From Macrostomum lignano (taxonomy: Eukaryota), in the NCBI GenBank assembly GCA_002269645.1, contig NIVC01004662.1, positions 1-38,869 on the forward strand: DNA of 38,869 nt, read 5' to 3'. The notes beneath the pieces were generated by a model. It had not been told where the DNA came from. It saw only the letters and a list, made by a program, of their open reading frames with translations, and ran no database searches. The first letter of the stretch is position 1; the number at the start of each line of letters is the position of its first letter. Below, in pieces: positions 1 through 11,624 of this stretch. The position numbers were made by a program, and so were the translations under genes.

Positions 1-508
1 AGAGTGGGGGTCTTTCGTGCTATGGTGCAATTGATCCTCCTATAAATGCAGCCCCTCTCATGGCTTGGTTCAGACAAGCCCATTTTCCCGAGTAACCATT
101 CTCTTCGTCCAGCGAATACTCTAATTTGTGTGCCAAGTTTGCGTCTAAGTCTGAACTCCCAAGACTCCCGACTTTGCATGTGACTGCCTCTGATTGCTCC
201 TGCTATCAATTAGCAGGCCAGCTTGGATCGCCCAAAGCTAGCACTTTTGCTCTCATCCACACCAGCCTAGCAGGGACTGCTGACGGTGGGCACCTCTGCG
301 CAAGAACTGCTAAATCTGCACGAAGTGCGAGTCTCTTTCTCTGTCTTAGTTATTTGCATCTACGAGCTCAGAACCTCACCGAAGGGTGCAACTCTGCAAA
401 GCTGGTGCAGCATTACCAATGCTAAAAGATCAACTTGAGGACTTTACAGGAGATCTCAAGATAGGCAGCTCTTGCGATTGACGGGGAAGTAACCAAAGCA
501 AAACTTCA
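1..508 (+). repeat. 5' LTR (distal half only)
   Basis: Aligns to ~9250-9761, ends ...AAACTTCA and is followed directly by a TGG-initiated PBS. Confidence 0.93.
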
Positions 509-509
509 T

Positions 510-529
510 TGGTGACTTAGCAGTGGGAT
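510..529 (+). promoter_or_regulatory. Primer-binding site, probably tRNA-Leu type (degenerate)
   Basis: TGGTGACTTAGCAGTGGGAT starts 1 nt after the LTR end and resembles TGGTGGCAGCxGTGGGAT / TGGTGTCAGAAGTGGGAT tRNA-Leu PBSs. Confidence 0.65.
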
Positions 530-884
530 TTGACGAGTCAATGACACGACTATCTGGGATTCAAGCGACAAGTCAAGGATCCAACTTTGAAACACCAAGA
601 CAACCACTCTTTCGAGTAAGAATTCGGCTATTCTACTAATTTGAAATGTTTAACAAGAGAGAAGAGAGCCGGTGCGCAGCAGCTAGTTGAGTCAGCACGA
701 GCATATTAGCAGTTCAAGGCCTGCAGCAGCAGTCAACGACCTTGGTCAGCAAATGCTGCGGCAAAGTGCGAGAAGCGAAGTGTCCGAAAACACGCCAGAC
801 AAGCTTCTGCCAGGTTTGGACGACCTTGGCTAGAACATCAGGCCCCAGGATATGAGAATGATGATGGTAGCTCTGCAGTAGCAG

Positions 885-1808
885 ATGGAATGGACAGTAA
901 GCAAGTCTGTTAAGATTGTAAAGTACACGCCCAGCCAGGACATCCATGTCTGGCTCGCCACGATCGAGCAACACTGCAAGATGGAGCGTATCGAAGACCC
1001 GATCGAGATGAAGCAGCACCTCGTTGTGAGTCTAGATCTGGTGACTGCTTACCCGGCTCTGCTCAGTATGCACCTCCCATGCTATGCTAGCTACGAGGAG
1101 GTCAAGCAGTGATTGATCGAGAGATTCGCCTGCCACGGCAGCGCTGATGAATCGCTCGTATTGAGAGCTGCTGAGGCGCCATTAGCAAGGTAAGAATGAG
1201 TCAGCGGAGGAGTACACTGATGCCTGCGCACCTTGGGAGAGCAAGTATACCCTTGAATGCACCCTGAGGATCGAGAGCGGGAGCTGGCTGATCAGTTCCT
1301 AGCTGGCATCAGGACAACACCAGATCTGCGCAAGTGGCTTTATTGGGTCCGCCCGAACAATCTGCTGGCTGCTATTTGAGAACTCCATTGTCTGGAAGGC
1401 GCCAAGGAACTGGCGCAGCACTCTGCTCAACCCCCGGTTCGCATGCTGAATGGGGAGCGCGATGGTGACCCAACGCCTGACGCCACCGCTTAAGCTCTCC
1501 TAGCTCTGATTGATCTGCTAGAGAAACAGTAGCGACTGCTAGACAACTTGGTGCAGCGTGACTAGCAGCAGAAGACGAGTCTGCCTGCGAAAGCCATGAT
1601 CTGCTATGGCTGTGGTCAGCCTAGTCATCGCAATGCACAGTGCCTGTTACACCAGAACAAGGGAAACGGTGAGACGGAGAGCGCCCACGGCAACGCCCTC
1701 TGTAGAGCCCAAGCCCCGGCTACTTGGCAGACTCCGAACGCTCACCAGAAGAAGAGGATGTCGGCTGCGCAGGCGCCAATGCCCAGTCCGACAGTCGCTT
1801 ATCAGTAA
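885..1808 (+). pseudogene. gag: gag remnant with CCHC zinc knuckle
   Basis: Capsid-like KYTPSQDIHVWLATIEQHC... and CYGCGQPSHRNAQC (C-x2-C-x4-H-x4-C, ~1602-1643), with multiple internal stops. The start is uncertain. Confidence 0.8.
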
Positions 1809-1899
1809 GTGAGGCTGAGTGTAGAGGTTTTGTGGATTTGATGATCAAAAAATCCATGCGCGTGAGGCTGATCCGTACGTCAACGGCCAATTGGCGGGC

Positions 1900-4800
1900 C
1901 GAGAAGTCCCTTTCCTACTAGACAGTGGCAGTCGGAATAGCGGCAGTCGGACCGCGCCTTCTCGCTGTGTCCCCTCTGGGATAGCCCTGCAGCTAAGTCA
2001 AAGGCAGTCGGAAAAACTTTTTTGGAGCATTGACCTGGGCCAATGTTAGATGTAGGATGCCTTGTTGTATTATATCGCATGCTATCCCAGATTGCGTGAC
2101 CATGTACAACGGTATGCAGCTACCCCTTGCTTGTAAGGTGATCATCCCGGTGGAGTTTGGTGATGTCATTGCGGACACCAAATTCCTGGTCACGGTCACC
2201 GATTGTGAAAATTTGCTTGGTATTAATTTCATATGTGAGCACTGCCAGAACTTGGACTTTGCTCAAGGAATGCTAAAGTTCAACAATGGCATGTGCATTC
2301 CCGTTTGCTTTTCGCGCCATGAGCTTCAATCATGCCAGGTATACACCTCCAAGAAGTGCACTTTGCCACCAAGAAGCTCAGCGCTGTTGGCCGTCCAGTT
2401 GGATGTCGGCCACCCTAAGAATCGAGGATCACCATCAATCGTCGAGCTAGTGAAGTCGAGACTGCACCCCAGTTGCAACACTCTGGAAGCAGCTCCAGCT
2501 CTGATGACGATGCCTGAAGGTCGAGGCTACATTGAGGTCATCAACACTGCTGACTGTGAGGTGTTCCTGCAGTTGGGCATCCGCATTGGTGTTGCGACAC
2601 CACTCAGAACTGCCGACCTGATTTACCTAGAAGAGACGCCGGAACCTGAAGTGCGACATTTGCCAAGGAACCCTGAAGACTCCAGCACAGCTTGGCTAGA
2701 GGAAGTTGAGATCAACAGCGAACTGTCCGAAGCTCAACGACAGAGAGTGCAAGATCTACTAGTTGAGTGTCAAGTAGCCTTCTTGAAGCACCTGCTAGAC
2801 GCTGGCCTGACACACCTGGTGACCCACGAGATCATCCTGAAGGATTGGACACCAGTTGCGCTACCACTGCGCAGGATCCCGCCTCATCTGAAGGACAAGC
2901 TTGATGCCTTGCTAGATGAGATGTTGGCTAAGCACGTCATTCACCCAGCCTATTCTAGCTACAACTTGCCAATGCTGATAGTGCCCAAGAAGGATGGCAA
3001 TATCAGGCTAGTGCATGACTTTAGAGCTCTCAACGACAAGTGCGTGTACCACCAGTACCCACTGCCGCACATTCAAGAGACCTTCGCAAAGCTGCGTGGT
3101 GCCCAGTGGTACTCTAGCTTGGATCTCGCTCAAGGATTCTGGCAGATCCCGCTGCGCGACTGCGATTAGCACCTGATGACGTTCTCTGTGATTGACCACA
3201 GACAATTCTGTTTCAATGTTCTACCGATGGGTCTCTACAATAGTCCCGGCAGCTTTTAGCGTTGCATCAATAAGCTCCTGGATGGCCTGACGCCAAAGAC
3301 TACGCTGGCTACATGGATGACATCATGGTGCACTTAGTGACCTTTGAGGAGCAGCTAGACAACCTGCAGACTGTACTCTAGTGGATAATTGCAGCCAACC
3401 TCAAGGTCAAGCCGAAGAAGTGCCAAGATTGTGCAGATCCATGATTGGCCCATGCCACAGTCCATTACTCAACTGAGACAATTCCTAGGCCTGGCCAATT
3501 ACTACCACAAGTTTGTCAATGGCTACGCTGGATTTGCTGCGCCGCTGCATGCCCTGACTCGAAAGGACATCGGCAGCCTGTGGCAGCATTGGACTGATGA
3601 GCACCAGGTAGCATTTGACACGTTGAAGAAGAAGTTGTATTTGACTGAAGTTCTCACTCTGCCTGAGTTTAACTCAGATCTTGATATGAAGTTTGTCCTA
3701 GACACTGATGCCTCAGACATTCGCATAGGCGCTTGTCTTGGATAATGGCAATCTGACAGCATCAAGCGCCCAATTGCATTCTTTAGCTGGAAGCTTTGTG
3801 ATCCTAAGAAGCGCTACATGGTCACGAAGAAAGAGCTGCTTGCAATTGTGGATGCAATGCAACATTTCCGTCATTATTTAATCAGCAAGAAGTTTGAAGT
3901 TCATTCTGACCATCGGGCCTTGCTGTGGCTGCTAAACCAGACACAGGTCACAGGCATCTTGGGCCGTTGGATTGAGCGATTAAGCGAGTTCCGCTTCCAG
4001 CTTCACTATCGCAAAGGCAAGGACCACGCCAATGCTGACGCCTTGTCAAGATGCCTAGAGACACCACCGGTTGACTTTGAACATGGCCAACTGCTGGAGC
4101 ACCCCGGTTCTGCAGCCCAACCCGGTGATGACACCAGCCTGGAGCCAGACTTGGACACCACACGTGGGGCCACTGCGAGAGCAGCCCGCACGAAGAAGGT
4201 CTACACTTGCAACAAGGAGGCCAAAACTGCCCTGGCTGAAGACCTAGAGGCCACTGCGCCAGCAGCCCTTCAGAATGACGACCATCGCTGCAGTCAATGC
4301 CTGGAGACTGGTTTGGACAGTAGCCTGGAGGCCACTGATACCTCAGCCCTCCGCAGTGATGCCCACGCTGACTGCCATTACTTGGAGATTCGCCCGGACA
4401 AAACCTTGGAGGCCACTGCCGATGTAGACCTCCTTGATAATGTCTAAGACTGCGGGTCTCCAAACCTAGAGATGCCCATAGACTACAACTCAGAGGCCAC
4501 TAAACAAGCAGCCCTCCTGATGACAGCCCACAACGCAAATCCAAACCAGCAATATAAGTTCAACTCCCCGGAGTTTTGCGCTGAGAGTTCTCGCCGTGTT
4601 GACAGAGGTCAGACTCTCGCAACGGCTGCAAGGTCAACACTCTGTCCCCCAAGCCGACAGACAGTTGCTTATTGCCTGTGCAGAAAGTCGAGTCCCCCTT
4701 CGCAACACCGCCTAGTGCTGGAGAAGACTCACCCAATGACGACGATGATCGAGCCGACGGCTACAGCTGCCTGCAACGAGGCGTGCTTCACATGTTGCGT

Positions 4801-6850
4801 CCCACCCTACAGCCAAGAGTCGCCTGGGCTGTGCAGTGGAGGCAAGTGCACTGCTCCAGCTGCAGAAATTCCTGTCAAGAGAGCAACAATGAGAACTTTG
4901 AAACGAGATCAGCAATTACACGCCAACGTGTTAGACAAAGTCCCTCGGAGCGACCTAATCCTGATGCCGACAAGATGGAGTCGCGTGATCAACTGCGAGC
5001 CACAGAAGTGGAGACTGCAGGAGTCATGAACCCTCAGCCATGCTGCGCCGTGCTCACTGATTTTCTGAGGTTGCCAATGACGCGGCAACAGTTTGTCGAC
5101 GCGCAGCGCGCCGACCGAGCAATCAGCTACTCGTATGTGCTCAACTTGGTCGAAAACAAAGCCCCAAAGCCGCCCAGTTGCAGCTGACGAAGGAGTAGCG
5201 GAATCTGCTTGGCTATCACAAGAGCCTACGAGAAGACAACGGCCTGCTGCTGATTGATCTGACTGACGGCCAGCAGTCCCTGAAGGTTGTCCTGCCTGAG
5301 TCTCCTGATGCCTAGGTGCTCCGGGAACTCCACAGTTCGCCTCTATGTGGACACCTCAGCTAGACAAAGACGTTGAAGCGGCTACGTGAACGATTCTAGA
5401 GGCCCAGACTAGCCCATGTCACCAAGAACTTTATCAGTAAGTGCCACGCCTGTCTTGAAAGTAAATCTCGAAGACAAGACCAAGTACCTGTACAGAGCTT
5501 CCCTGTGTGCGAAGTCCTAGGAAGAGTACATTGCGACGTAGTAGGCCCTATTGCCCAGAAGAGCAAGAGTGGGAACCGCTACATCTTGATGCTATGCGAC
5601 GCGACGTCGAAGTACCCATTTGCCCATCTAATGAGGAACCAAAAAGCCAAGACAGTCATCAAGATCATGCAGGAGCGCTTGATCCCTGACTTTGGTGTAC
5701 CATGCTCGATACACACTAATCAAGGAACCAATTTCACTGGCTCAGCTTTCAAGAAGTTTTGCCACCTGTTTGGCATCCGGCATACAACCACAACGCCGTA
5801 CAACCCAGCTTCAAATGGGCAAGTCGAGAACCTCAACAAGCAGCTGAAGAGTGTCCTCACCTGCCTCTTCGAGCGCAACCATAACGACTGGGACACCTTT
5901 CTCCCAGCCTGTCTGATGGCTCTCCACTCTAGTGTACACCCAGTGACAGGTTTTACACCTCACTACCTAGTGTTTGGTCAAGACTTCCGACTTCCAATCG
6001 ACAATGCGATCAAGAAGCTGCCGGAGTATGCCAATCTGCCTGACTATGTCAAGGACTTCCAGCGCCGTCTATCTAGACAAAGTGATTGAGCTAGCTAAAG
6101 AATGCCTGCATCTGCATCAGCAACTGCGCGACGAGCACTATTTGAATCTGCCTGCTGCCAAGAAGCTCCAACCTGGTGACCTGGTTTTCCTCAACAACCC
6201 GGTGCTCGAACCGGATGAAGCGGCAAAGTTCCATCGACCTCGCAAAGCGCTGTACGAGGTAGTCAAACCCAAGGGCGAGGTCGTCTACAAGATTCGCCGT
6301 AGAGTGCCAAATTTGCGGGCTAGGCGCGACGAGCTAGTAGTCCATCGCCGGAATCTGCTACTCGTACCTGATGCCAACTACCAGCTGACTTTGGATCCAG
6401 AAGTCGAGAAGGCCAAGAAGCGCCGCAGGTTGACTGATGTCCCGGACGGTGCAGGACCCGCGACCCTGACACCAATCCCGGAGGACAATCCCGATGACGA
6501 TGATGATGATGACGATGATGCATGGCTGGCCTTCCAGTGGCACTTCTGGCCATTGGCGATCCTGGATGTGTGGCCAGGAGATGGACTGGTCACGACACCA
6601 GCGAACCAGGCAAGTGCATTTCGGCGTGAGCCACTGCCGTATGGTGATTGCCATGATGGTAAGCCTGGTTTGAATGCGTCTGCACCTGCTGCTTCTTTTT
6701 CACCTGTCCATGCGTCCCCCTTTCCCGAACCTTTTTCTGCGGTGCAGTCTCCTGCGCCACCTTATTGCACCACTTGGTAGAAGCATCTCCCATACTGGTA
6801 GATGTAGGTAGGCCAGTTAGGGATCGAAGGCCACCTGAGAGGCTTCTGAT
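1900..6850 (+). pseudogene. pol: pol remnant: protease, RT, RNase H, integrase
   Basis: PR: FLLDSGS (DSG 1921-1929) and LLGINF. RT: IVPKKDGNIRLVHDFRALN, LDLAQGFWQIPL, YMDD (3310-3321), with a deletion near 3430. RH: DTDASD, KELLAIV, HSDHRAL, NADALSR. IN: HHCC remnant (~5330-5460), HCDVVGP, NGQVENLN, a GPY/F-like tail (LQPGDLV...VVHRRNL) and RPVRDRRPPERL. Confidence 0.95.
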
Positions 6851-8333
6851 TAGCGATCCTAGGGCCAAGATGTACGTTAGTCCCACCGCCCGCATGCGTG
6901 CGCACAAATTAAAACCTTGCAACGCAGAAATGCACAAGCGCCTGCACCAAGCTAGCTCCAGCTCCTTGTCCAATGCAAAGCAAGGGAGGCCTAGCTGTAG
7001 CCGGCGCCGGCCCAGTACCCCGGTCTTGCCGGAGACCATGGGGATACCGCGGCGCCTGCTGGAGACAATCAACCGGCGACTCATGGCCGAAGGCGACAGT
7101 TTAGTGAGGCCGATACGCCAGGCTGATTGGCGCCCACGCCGCCGCACGCCGTCACCCGAGCCCCAAAGACGGAATGAGCGGCCAGTCCAATCATTGGCGC
7201 CCAGGCAAAGCCCATCGCCCGCTCGAGAGAACCATGTGGCTCAGCGCCCTACTCATGTTCGCTGACACTCGCCCGAAGTCATCAACTTCACGGGCAACTC
7301 GCCATCGCTAGATGTGGCAATGTGGCAACTCACGGCCAATTGGCTTGCAGCTGCTTTGGCATACATGCAGCTTGAACAGCAAGTGATGTGAGGCTTGGCG
7401 GGTATTCGCCTCCAAGTCCGCAATTCTTTTCCAGATATCGATGGGACTTGGCCTGCGGCCAGTAAGCAAGTCGGGTGGGAGCACCACAGCGAGCCCGGCG
7501 GAACCGGTCAACGCGGAGAGGACCCCGAGGGCCCCAGGCATCTTGATGTGGCCCCGTCCCCAATGTCCTGGGCTGACGACACTCAGGGAGCCACCGTGTG
7601 CGCTGCGAATGTTTGGACCAACCTGGCCACATCACTGCACCGCACCTTGCCGAGAGCCCCGCCTCTATCGCCAGGATGTCTGGCAGATATGCACTCAAAT
7701 GGAATCGCCAATCCCGGAATTTTGAGCTACCATCATCTCCGCCGGTGCCAACCTCATACATGCGCAACCTCCAAAATTCGGTTGGCTATGCGACTTAGTT
7801 TTAACAAAAATGCGACATAGTTTTTGGCTAAAAATGCAACTTACATGTAAAAAATCCTAAAGCAAAATTAACGCAACTTTGGGTAAATGGCAGAAGTAAC
7901 TATGACTGTCTTCTTATTAAGCCAAAATGCCTCATCAGCTGCTTAGTACTACTACTTGGGTGTTTTTTCGGGTGGGCATTTTTGCGACTTCCTTGGTTGA
8001 CTGCCAAATCGATCGGCCAGATCGGCCGACTTGGCCGACTGTTGCACATGTATGGCCAACCTGTTGGCGGCTGTGCTTGTCAAGGCGGCTTGGCAAGGCA
8101 GAGAAATCGTTGACCTTGGTGGCCCAATCTGGGTGGAGCTCCACCAGACCACGGCCAAGGAGAGGAGTTGGTTATTCGAGGAGGCAATCGGCCTGGCCAG
8201 CCCTGACCTGGAGTGGCCGAACTGGCCATACGCTCTCCATCTGGCGGCCGTCCGCGTTGCCCGATTCATGGGCAGCAGCAAAGAAGACCTGCCGGTGCTC
8301 TTGATGACTCCACGTCTGCATTATTTTGACTGA
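6765..8333 (+). pseudogene. Putative extra (ORF3-like) reading frame between integrase and PPT, interrupted by a MITE
   Basis: Frame 3 runs 6765 to ~7750 with only two TGA stops (7263, 7389). Frame 1 reads across the excised MITE (ISAGAN|LLAAVLVK) to 8333 with one TGA (7723). No family recognised. Confidence 0.55.
7755..8054. mobile_element. hAT-type MITE, family A, copy 1 (300 bp)
   Basis: 14-bp TIRs CATACATGCGCAAC / GTTGCACATGTATG and a perfect 8-bp TSD GCCAACCT (7747-7754, 8055-8062). Confidence 0.92.
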
Positions 8334-8749
8334 TTGGTGGTCTTACACTGACGTACGCCCTGTTGACAATGAAGTTGCCTCATTTTGCCGCGCTAATTAA
8401 GTGCCCTTATGCAGGAATCTTTGAGCCAGTTGGCTTGTTTTATTCAGGTATCGCCCATGGTAGGCATAGCTGGGCCCGAGATCTGGAGTATTCAGGGACC
8501 CTCCATTATATTTAGGCGCCACTTCTATGGTAGGCCGGCGCCCCCACACAATATTTAGGCGCCATCACTCCTGTGGGCCGGCGCCCCTGCAGTTACCGGG
8601 CAACAATCTTTATGGCCTGCCCAGCCAAGCAGTTTTAAGACTGCATTTTCAGCCTTTTACACTCAAGTTGTTTCCTTTTTTATTGTCATTAAATCCATGT
8701 TTAATTGTTTTAAATAAAGCGCGTGCCGCTTTACTCCACCTCTTTATTT

Positions 8750-8761
8750 GAACGGGGAGAG
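8750..8761 (+). promoter_or_regulatory. Polypurine tract
   Basis: GAACGGGGAGAG immediately before TGTAGTGAG (LTR start). Confidence 0.8.
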
Positions 8762-9761
8762 TGTAGTGAGTCGCTAGTTTAGTTAGGCGCCGCACTAGTC
8801 AGCTGTTGCCCTTGCCCTTGCCCCAGGCTCCTGTCTGCCGCTAGGCAGTTGCCTGTCCCTTCCTGCCTGTCCTCTGGCCTGTCCCTTGCCCATTTGCCTG
8901 TCTGTCTGTTTGTCCTCGTTTGCCCCCATTTGCCTCCTGTTCTCATTTTGCAGTGCCCAGACAGCTTCTGTTTTGTTCTCTGTCTGGCATCTCCAAATTT
9001 GGAAGTGCTATTCTGTTTTCCAGTCCCATGGTCACGAGTGCCTTCACTTATGGGCCTTTTCCCCCTTGTCATGTGAGCCAGTCATATGACAAGGCCTTCT
9101 TCCTTCTTTAGTCCAAAGTGCAATGATTTCATCACTGTACACTGGGCTTGTGTTTATGGGAGATCACGTGCGCCTAGACCCCCTTGCCTCCTCTGAGGTA
9201 GGACCCGCTTGTTTGTTGCTAAAAATAGCAACAGAGTCACTCATGACTCTCAGCGGGGGTCTTTTGTGCTATGGTGCAATTGATCCTCCCTATAAATGCA
9301 GCCCCTTTTATGGCTTGGTTCAGGCAAGCCCATTTTCCCGAGTAACCATTCTCTTTGTCTAGCGAATACTCTAAGTTTGTGTGCCAAGTTTGCATCTGAG
9401 TCTGAACTTCCAAGACTCCCGACTTTGCGCGTGACTGTTTCTGATTGCTCTGCTATCAATTAGCAGGCCAGCTTGGATTGCCCAAAGCTAGCACTTTCAC
9501 TCTCACCCGCACTAGCCCGGCAGGGACTGCTAACGGTGGGCACCTCTGCGCGAGAACTGCTAAATCTGCACAAAGTGCAAGTCTCTTTCTCTTGTCTTAG
9601 TTATTTGCATTTACGAGCTCAGAACCTCACCAAAGGGTGCAACTCTGCGAAGCTGGTGGCAGCATTACCAATGCTAAAAGATCAACTTGAGGACTTCCTA
9701 GGAGAGCTCAAGGTAGGCAGCTCTCGCGACTAACAGGGAAGTAACCGAAGCAAACACTTCA
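8762..9761 (+). repeat. 3' LTR (~1000 bp)
   Basis: Starts TGTAGTG after the PPT and ends CACTTCA (near-inverted termini). The distal half matches 1-508. Confidence 0.88.
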
Positions 9762-9775
9762 ATGGGCATTGTTAT

Positions 9776-10072
9776 CATATATGTGCAACCTCCAAAATTC
9801 AATTGGCCATGCAACTTAGTTTTAACAAAAAATGTGACATAGTTTTCAGCAAAAAATGCAACTTATATATAATAGAAACCCTAAAGCAAAATTAATGCAA
9901 CTTTGGGTAAATGGCAAGAATAACTATAACAGTCTTATTAAATAAAAATGCCTCATTATCTACTCAGTACTACTTGGGTATTTATTTAGGAGGGCATTTT
10001 TGTGATTGACCTTGGTTGGCCACATATCAGTCAGCTGGATCGGCCAACTTGGCCAACTATTGCACATATATG
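9776..10072. mobile_element. hAT-type MITE, family A, copy 2
   Basis: Full-length alignment to 7755-8054. TIRs CATATATGTGCAAC / ATTGCACATATATG; 8-bp TSD ATTGTTAT / ATTTTTAT (1 mismatch). Confidence 0.9.
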
Positions 10073-10518
10073 ATTTTTATCTTAACATAGTCTCTATGTA
10101 GCTAGCCCTTATTGTAGCCAAGGTTTAAAATACACTAGATATCCCTTTTCTTATACTAGACTGTTTTAGCACAAAGTTCCAGTGGCATATATAGGATTTT
10201 CCATTGGGAGCTACTATCAAGTTGCCACAATAAAGGATCTTTTTGGGGCTGCATTAATAAAGACCTTTTTTGGCTTGTCTTTTTAAGTTTCTTTGAAATA
10301 TAGAAGCAACAATTTCAAAATTATATAATTGTTATTGTGACAATATGGCAGAAACAAAGATTTATTATCAATAAAAAATAATAAAAATAAAATAAATAAC
10401 AGAAAATATTAATGATCTAAAACTCTATATTCTGTCTCAAAATGACAACTATATTTCTCTTATGCACAATGATTCTAGGACTGCTGCTTATTAATTGCAA
10501 TGTACTATGACATATAAT

Positions 10519-11256
10519 CCTAGATGGAATTCTTGCAGAAAAATCACAATGTGTTATGCGATTGCGCAAAAAAATGCGATTTTGTGTCAAAAAAATTCAG
10601 AAAAAATGCATTGCAGAATTTCAGACAAATTGCTAATTCTTAATATATGCAAAAGTGCGCTTGAGATATTGGATTTTGCAAAAGATAATCCTACTAGCTA
10701 AGATCACGAAGAAAAAAGAATAAAAAGTAAAAACTAAATAAGGCACAAAAGTAAAAATTCAAAAAATTCTATAAAAAGTAGAAACTCATAACATTCTCTA
10801 ACATATGTATTTGGACGAAAATTCAAATCACTACATTTTCTTAGAATGCATTTTTTGTTAATGAGGCTTTTTATATTACCAATTCTAGAATCAGAATCGG
10901 TTTGGATCTTCCAAGAAAAACAGCAGTATAAGTATTTAATTCTGTTGAATGTTTGACTGCCTTAACAACCTCACTTAGCACAATTTTTCACTTTCTTCTT
11001 GGCGATTGTCATTCAATAATAAAAACTTTATAGCACATATCTTCCTCTAGTTATAGAGACAAAAAGTTATACTTTACAAATTGGTTCTGGTTCTGGAACT
11101 AGAACAAGCAATATGAAAAGGCCCATTGTCTTATTTACCATTTTGCAATGTGCTAAGTACCAAAATAAAAAATGCGACCAATAAAAAATATTTTGCGCAC
11201 CATAAAAAAATCGCATAATTCTATTTGACTTAAGAAATACAAGAATTCCATCCTGG
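10519..11256. mobile_element. Non-autonomous hAT-type element, family B
   Basis: 17-bp TIRs CCTAGATGGAATTCTTG / CAAGAATTCCATCCTGG (15/17), perfect 8-bp TSD CATATAAT (10511-10518, 11257-11264) and inverted subterminal TTATGCGATT/TGCGCAAAA motifs. Confidence 0.9.
10863..11124. mobile_element. MITE family C, copy 1, nested in the hAT-B element
   Basis: Aligns end to end with 17454-17716. TIR consensus GGGCCTTTTCATATT / AATATGAAAAGGCCC. TSD not resolved, so the superfamily is uncertain (PIF/Harbinger-like ends). Confidence 0.8.
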
Positions 11257-11287
11257 CATATAATATTACTTTGCTCTTTAACTCTAC

Positions 11288-11533
11288 TGTAAAGACTTCA
11301 CTTAGTTTGCGTGGCAGAAAGATGCTTATGCGATAACATGATAAAATCATTCATATATGTATTTGTTGAAATAGTATTTTAACCGATCAATAATTTGGGG
11401 ACTGTAAAATAGACATATTAGTCACGTGCACGTACGCACAAAAGAACAAGCGAAGGAGAGAGTTAAAGGGCACAATGGTAAAGTGTACGCAGCAACCCCC
11501 AGCACCCCACACAACACAAACAAAGTCACTACA
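11288..11533 (-). repeat. 3' LTR of the Mag-like element
   Basis: 242/246 identical to 15501-15746. Confidence 0.97.
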
Positions 11534-11545
11534 CTCCTCCCCAAC
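11534..11545 (-). promoter_or_regulatory. Polypurine tract
   Basis: GTTGGGGAGGAG on the minus strand, abutting TGTAGTGAC. Confidence 0.85.
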
Positions 11546-11624
11546 AACTGCAGAAGCAGGGAACAGGAATTAAAAGAAACTATTTAGTCCGCAACTCAAA
11601 GAGCACTAAATAACGGAATCACAG

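Larger units (their letters stand above)
1..9761 (+). mobile_element. Decayed Ty3/gypsy LTR retrotransposon; 5' end lies outside the window
   Basis: LTR pair (1-508 matches ~9250-9761 at ~91%), PBS after the 5' LTR and PPT before the 3' LTR. Domain order is gag(CCHC)-PR-RT-RH-IN, broken by many stops and frameshifts. Confidence 0.95.

Noticed and set aside
885-5500. Many TAG/TAA stops in the gypsy ORFs as evidence of RIP-like CpA mutation
   Set aside because: Any C-to-T change that creates a stop must lie in CAA, CAG or CGA, so stop-codon context is uninformative. Only the LTR and MITE pair comparisons were used.
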